Below are positions 54,903 to 64,000 of a stretch of 64,000 nucleotides of DNA, one piece after another; positions within the stretch are counted from its first letter, which is position 1; each line of letters starts with the position of its first letter. This DNA comes from Corallochytrium limacisporum Hawaii (lineage: Eukaryota > Protista > Pluriformea). The stretch is taken from assembly GCA_002811645.1 (NCBI GenBank), contig PDIP01000257.1:25524-89523 (forward strand), read 5' to 3'. The translations under genes and the position numbers were made by a program. A model generated the notes under the pieces. That model saw only the letters and a program-made list of their open reading frames with translations. It was not told the DNA's origin and did not search any database.

Positions 54903-57305
54903 ATGTTGGGAGACGGTTACGGGGAGTCGAGCTCTCCTGTGTATCAGGAACTCCAGCACATGCTGGCACATCTGACCAACATAGAAAAACTAGAAGCCAT
55001 CGCTGGCTTGGTCCAACGACTTCCTGAACGACAAGCCTTTCTACTGTCGACCATGTTGCGCGCAGAGTATGGCGTATTCCAAAGCCCCAGCATTCAAGAA
55101 GCCAACGATGTTTCATCCGTGCAGGACGCGGGTAATGTGTTGACCATGCGCAGAGATCGGGCTTCACTCATTCAGGCTTTGCAGTGGCTGAACAAAGGCC
55201 TCCCCTTAATGGCTGACAATGCCAATGAGTCGCTGGCAAAGTGCTATTCAAACTTTATCCATTACGCGGCCGGCCGTGATATTTGTGGTAACATCGAGGA
55301 GACAGACCTTGTACTTATTCATGATCTTTGCAGAGTAGCGGCTATGCACCCTGCCTTTTCTTTGGACCAGCGGGAATCATTCACGCAGTTGAAGCAGTAC
55401 CTGCAACGGGAGTACCCAAGCCTATCCCAAAGCACGCAGAGCAGCACTTCTTCGGCAGCTCTGGGTGGGCCTTTCCAAATGCGCAGCGGCTCAGTTGACT
55501 TCCATCGTGAAGTCTCAAACTACGGCCCAGCCACCATGGCGTCCCAAGGCAGCAACTACCGTAACACTGTCGCTGCACCTCGCTGGCAGACCAGCGGAGG
55601 ACCCTCTACCCTTGCCCCTGGAGGGCCTCGCAGAGATACCGTTCCAAACATGGGACCGTTGTCAATGTTTGCAAACCCGGCAGGGGCCGGAGATGGCTCT
55701 CACTTTGGCAACTACGGCAGGGACGCTGGTGCGACCGGCGCCCTTCCGGAGGGCATCGACGAAGGCGAGGACTTGTTCCTTCAGCGCATGCAGCAGCGAT
55801 ACAATATGAGTTCTCTGGGGGTAGGCGCCACTGCTCCAGCAACAATTGGTGCCGGTAAGAGTGGCCAGAACGCAAGTGCGGACATTGGGGGTGCGTTCCG
55901 TGCCCCTGGGCTTGACACTGCCTTCGGACCGATTGGATCCCCCGGTGCAGGTCAATTCCGTGCCTATCGTGGCATGCAGAACAGTATGTCGATTAGCTCT
56001 CTGAATGAAGTTCGTTCGGGGGGTGCCACCGATATGGGTCGCAGACCTTCCTACACTCTCGATCCCCGGGCAAATAGGCAGCGCCGGCACACAGAATCGT
56101 TTGCCGAGGAAGTGGTCGAGGGGCCAGAGGCACCTGAGCAAGGAAGCTCTCTGTTTGCGCATCAGCCTCAGAACGAACAAGGGACCAGTAGAGAAAACAT
56201 GGACCACACTGCCAAACTGGCATTGCAGGCAGCTGAGCTATCTCTGGAAGGTAGTAGTGTGCCCGAACTGAAGAATGCGGGACTCGCACCTGCGGCAGAA
56301 GAGGACACGGCAGCCAATCAGTCGGGCTCTGCAGCAGGGGATGCTGCCTCCGCGGGACCCACTGGTAGGGTTTCCAACCGCCCGGCCCCACTGAGCTACG
56401 CGGGTGTTGCGTCCAAGAAGGGATCCGTTGACCGCGGTCCTATACGCAGTATAAGTAACACATCTTCTCCCGGGGATGACCCGCACGGAGATCTGCGTCG
56501 GGACTATAGTTGGGATCCGAATATGAGCAACGGCAATCACGGTACCTGGCCTCGCGGTGGGACCTGGGGCGCTGATGGAAACGGTGATCTGCAGGATCAG
56601 TCCACCCCCATTCACGAGGACGCAAATGGTTTCGAAGGCAGTCTCTCCAAGGCGTCCCCCAATGGTAACGGGGAGAGCAGCACCAGAACCAGTGCCCAGT
56701 CTGGCTTCCCAGAGAATCCTGATATTCGCATGCAAGACATCCCCCACTGGTTGAAGTCATTGCGCCTGCACAAGTACATTGACACGTTCAAGGATATCTC
56801 CTTTGATGACATGCTGCAGCTCACAAACGAGGATCTCGAACAACGCGGTGTCACCGCCGCAGGTGCTCGCCGCAAGCTGCTGCTGAGCATTGAGAAGTTG
56901 CAAACCCGGGATACCATTTTACGGGACTGCCAGTCCTCTATAAGCGTAGATGAAACCTTTCATTCGACCATGGAAACCCTCAAACATGTCCTGAACTCTC
57001 CTGGCAAAACTGAAATATCTCGAAATGGCGTTGAGGACTTTGCAACCAAATTCATCAATGTGCTCAAAGCTGGCATGGACCACGTGACAGAACCACCGGT
57101 TCAGGAGCAAAAACTGGTGGCCATGCAGATGCTTGTCAACGATGCGACCCAGAGCTCATGCTTCTCTGGCCAGCAGCAGAGGCAAATGCGCCAGTGGCAG
57201 CAGGAACTGACCCAGATTTCCAGCAAATGGAACCGAAAGCGCAGCAAACGTGTGTCGCGTCCAGCACACCACAGCCTTGCCGGTAGCGAGACTGTAGCTC
57301 AGTGA
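54903..57305 (+). CDS. SAMD4: Smaug/SAMD4-family RNA-binding translational repressor
   Basis: SAM domain DIPHWLKSLRLHKY...GARRKL followed by a helical PHAT-like region; N-terminal Smaug similarity regions (Q.FLL..L; MHPAFSLDQR). Confidence 0.9.
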   Translation: MLGDGYGESSSPVYQELQHMLAHLTNIEKLEAIAGLVQRLPERQAFLLSTMLRAEYGVFQSPSIQEANDVSSVQDAGNVLTMRRDRASLIQALQWLNKGLPLMADNANESLAKCYSNFIHYAAGRDICGNIEETDLVLIHDLCRVAAMHPAFSLDQRESFTQLKQYLQREYPSLSQSTQSSTSSAALGGPFQMRSGSVDFHREVSNYGPATMASQGSNYRNTVAAPRWQTSGGPSTLAPGGPRRDTVPNMGPLSMFANPAGAGDGSHFGNYGRDAGATGALPEGIDEGEDLFLQRMQQRYNMSSLGVGATAPATIGAGKSGQNASADIGGAFRAPGLDTAFGPIGSPGAGQFRAYRGMQNSMSISSLNEVRSGGATDMGRRPSYTLDPRANRQRRHTESFAEEVVEGPEAPEQGSSLFAHQPQNEQGTSRENMDHTAKLALQAAELSLEGSSVPELKNAGLAPAAEEDTAANQSGSAAGDAASAGPTGRVSNRPAPLSYAGVASKKGSVDRGPIRSISNTSSPGDDPHGDLRRDYSWDPNMSNGNHGTWPRGGTWGADGNGDLQDQSTPIHEDANGFEGSLSKASPNGNGESSTRTSAQSGFPENPDIRMQDIPHWLKSLRLHKYIDTFKDISFDDMLQLTNEDLEQRGVTAAGARRKLLLSIEKLQTRDTILRDCQSSISVDETFHSTMETLKHVLNSPGKTEISRNGVEDFATKFINVLKAGMDHVTEPPVQEQKLVAMQMLVNDATQSSCFSGQQQRQMRQWQQELTQISSKWNRKRSKRVSRPAHHSLAGSETVAQ

Positions 57306-57522
57306 GAAGAGTTCTCATTACCCATGTTGGTGTGCAACAAACCCTAAGCCGGAAAAATATACAAATCTTCACGTGATTTTAGAGTTTAGCTTTAACCAAG
57401 TTGATTTGGCGAATACCTGTCAAAAGCAATAGAACGTAACAGTGGCCTCATGGCCTACACTTGGATAGTTAAGTGATCGTTTAACACCATTTTAATGCAC
57501 ATCGCTGTGTCATGGAATGAGT

Positions 57523-59910
<2,388 letters not shown>

Positions 59911-59914
59911 TTAC

Positions 59915-60154
59915 CTACATACGCAGGTGACTTCTTTGAACTATGTGGTTTCACTATTCCACATCTCTTAAGACATATACTTCGCAATTGTATACTGATA
60001 TGGTAGTGTGTATGACAAATTGGGTCTACCTACACTGCAACCAACGCTAGATCCATAAGGTTAGTTACATGAATACTTCGAAGTACCATGTTGATCTAAA
60101 AACAATACAGAGTCCTAAGAAGAACCAATTTAATGAAAGCTCACATCGCTACAT
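59915..60154 (-). promoter_or_regulatory. Cluster of four ATG-stop elements plus short uORFs in the putative FoxK 5' leader
   Basis: ATGTAG 60154-60149, ATGTGA 60146-60141, ATGTAA 60070-60065 and ATGTAG 59920-59915. Confidence 0.55.
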
Positions 60155-63100
60155 CAATGAAGCAAGAGGGATGATCTCCATGGTGGAAGAAGGAAGACGA
60201 GGAAGATACGACGTGACAGTTTTGTTGCATTTCTCACCCTTTTCGCCACACCTCGCGCTCCCCTACCCCCCTCTCTCTCACCCCCTGCACTTCTTTACGT
60301 CTCGTCTGCGCCGTGTAGCAGTGGCGCTCCTCCTCCCTTACCTTCCCCCCCCCCTCCCCTCCCATCCTTCCTTTTTCATTTCTCTCTCCGTGTTGGTGTC
60401 TGCTTTCCCCCCCCCTTCCCCTCTCTCTCCCTTCCCATCCTGCCCTTCCGTTCCCCTCTCCCCTTTGACACTTCACCCCTCTCTCCCTCCCCCCTCTTCC
60501 TCCCATTCCCGTAGGGGGAAGAGGGGGCCGGCCCCAAAATCCCTGGGGGGTCTTATCCTGGTCTGTTGCGTTCGCGTTCCTTATTCTTCCGCAGCTCCCA
60601 CCCGGTTCTCTGTACACTCCACTCTTGGATTCAATCTCGGAGAAACTATGCATCCCATACCAAATGGATAGAGAGTTAGCAGGATACAGGTGGTTTTCCT
60701 TTTAATTTGTGTGTGTTTCAATTTGTTTCATATTCGTGGGTCAATTTTAATGGGCGATGGAACTGCGTGGTTGTGGGATGGCAAGGACAAAACTAAGCAA
60801 CTTTTTGTTTAACGAAAACGAGTGTGTGCCGTCTCTTTTATGCTGTGGAAAAGGATCGGGGAAGATAGTGAAGAAGCAAAATAAAAAGGGGAAAAGGGGG
60901 AGGACGTTCCTTGCCATTGGTCTTTATTTTTAACGAAAGATAAAATATTAAATGGGGACCTTGTGCACCATTGCGCTTTCCAGTGCAGTTGGCCCCTCCC
61001 CGACTCCCCCCCCCCCTTTTTCCCCAACTCCTCTTTTTTAACCTGTTGGTCGCGCAGGTCGAGTACATGGCAACAACAAGAAATCAAAGACCCAGGAAAA
61101 AAAAGAGGGGGAGGGGAGAAGGGGGAGGTCCGGAGAGTTCCGGTCCGCTTTCTTCTTTTGTATCGATATTTCTTTTTCTATTTTTTTTCTTTCTTTCTTT
61201 TGTTTTTGCAGGACGTGCAGCATGTGGGCTAGTGTTACTGCGGTTGGCCCACACTTCGCGTCCTTTTCCGCTTCTCTCACTCACCCTTTCGCCTTCCCCC
61301 CTCCCCACTTCCCCTTCTCCCCCCTCTCTCCCCCCCCCCTCCCTTGCACACCACTGCGTGGGGTGTGGTGGTGGTCGCAGTTGTTGTTGGACAATATTGT
61401 TCTGCAGTTGCTTGATGCCCGGGGTGCCCAGATTTCAAGATGATGCACTGCGCAACTGGAGTGATCAATTTTGTGCATGGCCTGCTCGCTGTACTGTTGC
61501 ATGTTTTCGACTTCATGCCCGCGCGGTTGAGGATGCTCTGTGTACGACTATGTGGATGAACCTGTCGGTTGGTCCACAGTTCGTTATTGTGTGGTCACAG
61601 GGGGAATGTGTGAGTTCTCGATAAGAAAGACCACTATTCATATGTAATACGACGCTGTGGGTAAGCACAATACAACAAACCCCAAGCAAACATTCGTTTG
61701 CAACAACAAACAACAATAGTTTACCAAAACAAAGACGGTAAATAGCAAACTAAATGAACAACAAACGAAACGAAATAGTAATAACAAAAACACAGCAGAC
61801 ACACCTCGAGAAATCTTGGGGGAGGGGAACGCAAGAGCCTTGGCGCCTTGACCAACTCAAGTAGCCATGCCTTGTTCTTAGTACGGTCCTTCATGGTTAT
61901 TTCTTGTCAAAGGCACAAACATAGTTGCTCCGTTATTTCATTCATTTTGTTTTACGACGACCATGTCCCAGCATGGTTTTAGCGAGAGAGGCTGCGGTTG
62001 CCTGATTTACCTTCATGATGAGAAATGCCCCTGGAATGTCAGTGGCAAAACCGAGCGACATGAGAGGGCGAGATTCGAAACAATAACATTTCCCAATTCC
62101 ATCACAACAAGAGGTGTACCCAAATAAAAAAGATGCAAAGTCGTAGGCCACGCAACTGCAAATCAAAACAATAGCAAAATGTAAAATGTGTAAGTAAACA
62201 AACCGGACAAGAACTGATTATAAACATGGTCGCAGGACGCAAATTCAAAGATTTTTGTATACTGTCAAGTGTTTATGCCATCCTCAACAAGCTTTCGTTG
62301 TGGGTCGTCGAGAATATCCGTGGTACGTGTTAGAGGTATGCACCGAAGAAGAAAACACATTGCAAAAAAACACAACAACAATACACACACAAAAACTCCG
62401 TGGAACGGACACCGATGGACAAGAGCGTTGAGGTGCAAATAACTAGATTCTTTTACGGCTGACCCCCATGCATAGACAACGGCAAAGGGTATTAGAAAGG
62501 ATCCAGAACGACCCCACAAGGAAACCTCATGAATAGCTCGGTGCAATTAGGGAATCGTTCAAGGGAGATCTCTTGATACATAATCGATAAGCCATCAGGG
62601 CTGCATCAAACATCCTTGGCGTACTGGACTCTCACCGGTGGACAACTCCTTCTGCATGCGCGAGGGCGTTTGTTTGCCCAATGACAGAGTCTTATTAAGG
62701 AACACACAGCCGACGGCTCCACAACGTCGAATAAAGATGAGGCAAACCGAAAACCCACACACGCAGGTCCCCCCGGATGGAGAGCGTCGCGGTGAGAGTG
62801 TTCTGTGCAGATCATCATCCTCGCTCGAACCCCATTTGTAATATACCTCCGTCCCACATGCACAGCCAGCACAAGAGCATGCGGCATATTCCAGATTCTC
62901 TGGCCGTGTTCCATATGTCCCACTCTTTTCGTCAGTATGATTTGATTCCTGTGGATTCCCTTTCTATTCTCGCTTGCTCAGCATATAATGGCCCTTATCC
63001 CCATACTTATTTCATGTTTTTCTGGGGTAGCCATATCGGAAATGGCAGTCTGATATCTCACAACAAGCACAACCTCTGAGACAATATCAATCCCATCTCA

Positions 63101-63936
63101 GCGTTCAGAGTGCTGAAGTCAATACGCATTATTCCGTTGGTTTTAGTCCAGCCAATAGCAAACAAATGGCGTCCGTTTCCGGTGCCAGCTGAGTCCACTT
63201 AGGGCCGATACGCCAAGTGTGGGTGGAAGCAAATATCTTGGGGGAAAGATCTGCACATGAAGGCTACTTTCTTGAAAACAACAACATTTGCGCTGTTGTT
63301 TGTTTTTTTCCTTAACTCTGTTCCATGTAGAATCCGTTGGAAGTGGAAGGGACCACCATTGGGTGGCCAATCTCGAGAGTGTGTTTGATTTCTTCAGAAA
63401 GTGGGTAAGGGACCCATGCTGAAGGTATGATAGTTGTGTAGGAATTGGGTATAATGGGCTTTGAATGTGGTTGATGGTGGATCTCCCCCCGGGGGGTAAA
63501 GAGGGGGGGAGGGGAGTTCAGGGAGGCAATTCACAAAACGAAAGTGTCCCAGACCCCTATGTGCCCTCTAACGAATTCTATCTCTTAATACATATTCGCC
63601 TTGTGCATCCATCGACCATATGGGGTATCATTAGTGATTGTGTACGCAGCTGCATCGGCCAGAGGGAAACACTGCACTCCGCGGGTGAATTCCAATAAAC
63701 CTGTGTCCCTATTCTTTGGAGGTCTGAGGCCTTTTGTGGATGCCCAGAGATTAGTGACCAAACGAGTAGCTATGTCGCATGCGAGTTGTCTAAATTTACC
63801 TGATCGCCTTGTTAGTCTTGTTGTAAGGAAACCTCGCAGTGGCGCTGTGATATTGCCACAGTCGGCCAACAGCGCACCAAAGACAAGTGTGTGCAGTGTA
63901 GTGGGTAGTGCCACGGTCACCACTCCTTCCCGCCTA

Positions 63937-63958
63937 TCTCTCTCTCGCTCTCTCGCTC

Positions 63959-64000
<42 letters not shown>
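63937..64000. repeat. (CT)n microsatellite with CG interruptions, runs off the window end
   Basis: TCTCTCTCTCGCTCTCTCGC...TCTC to the last base. Confidence 0.95.

Noticed and set aside
60069-61624. 200- and 217-aa ORFs upstream of FoxK
   Set aside because: Translations of polypyrimidine/polypurine promoter tracts (P/S/L/F-rich).

Overview
A compact, almost intron-free eukaryotic window with 22 protein-coding genes: partial AGPAT, TDP1, WDR62/MAPKBP1, APRT, NEDD8, a small orphan resembling a lipid-droplet protein, TRIP4/ASC-1, OSGEPL1, a DHHC palmitoyltransferase, an O-fucosyltransferase-family protein, an orphan coiled-coil protein, TATDN3, SEM1/DSS1, PRA1, TMEM161, an orphan with a tandem helical domain, ATG9, POLH, PHKA, PEX12, Smaug/SAMD4 and a FoxK-type factor. 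Gene content and near-absence of introns suggest a unicellular holozoan such as Corallochytrium (inference only). NEDD8 is missing from the ORF track because it is the only visibly spliced gene (two ~90-nt introns with yeast-like branch points). I found no tRNA, rRNA, transposon or CRISPR array. The strongest unexplained signal is in gene architecture. Convergent genes end only ~100 bp apart (ATG9 and POLH CDSs overlap). Most start codons have a sense-strand G-tract about 240-660 bp upstream, followed by a leader rich in tiny uORFs. ATG-stop ('start-stop') hexamers are strand-biased in the 300 nt before start codons: my hand count is 15 sense versus 2 antisense over 21 genes, with clusters at FoxK (4) and POLH (3). 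This suggests widespread start-stop/uORF translational control, but transcript 5' ends are unknown.
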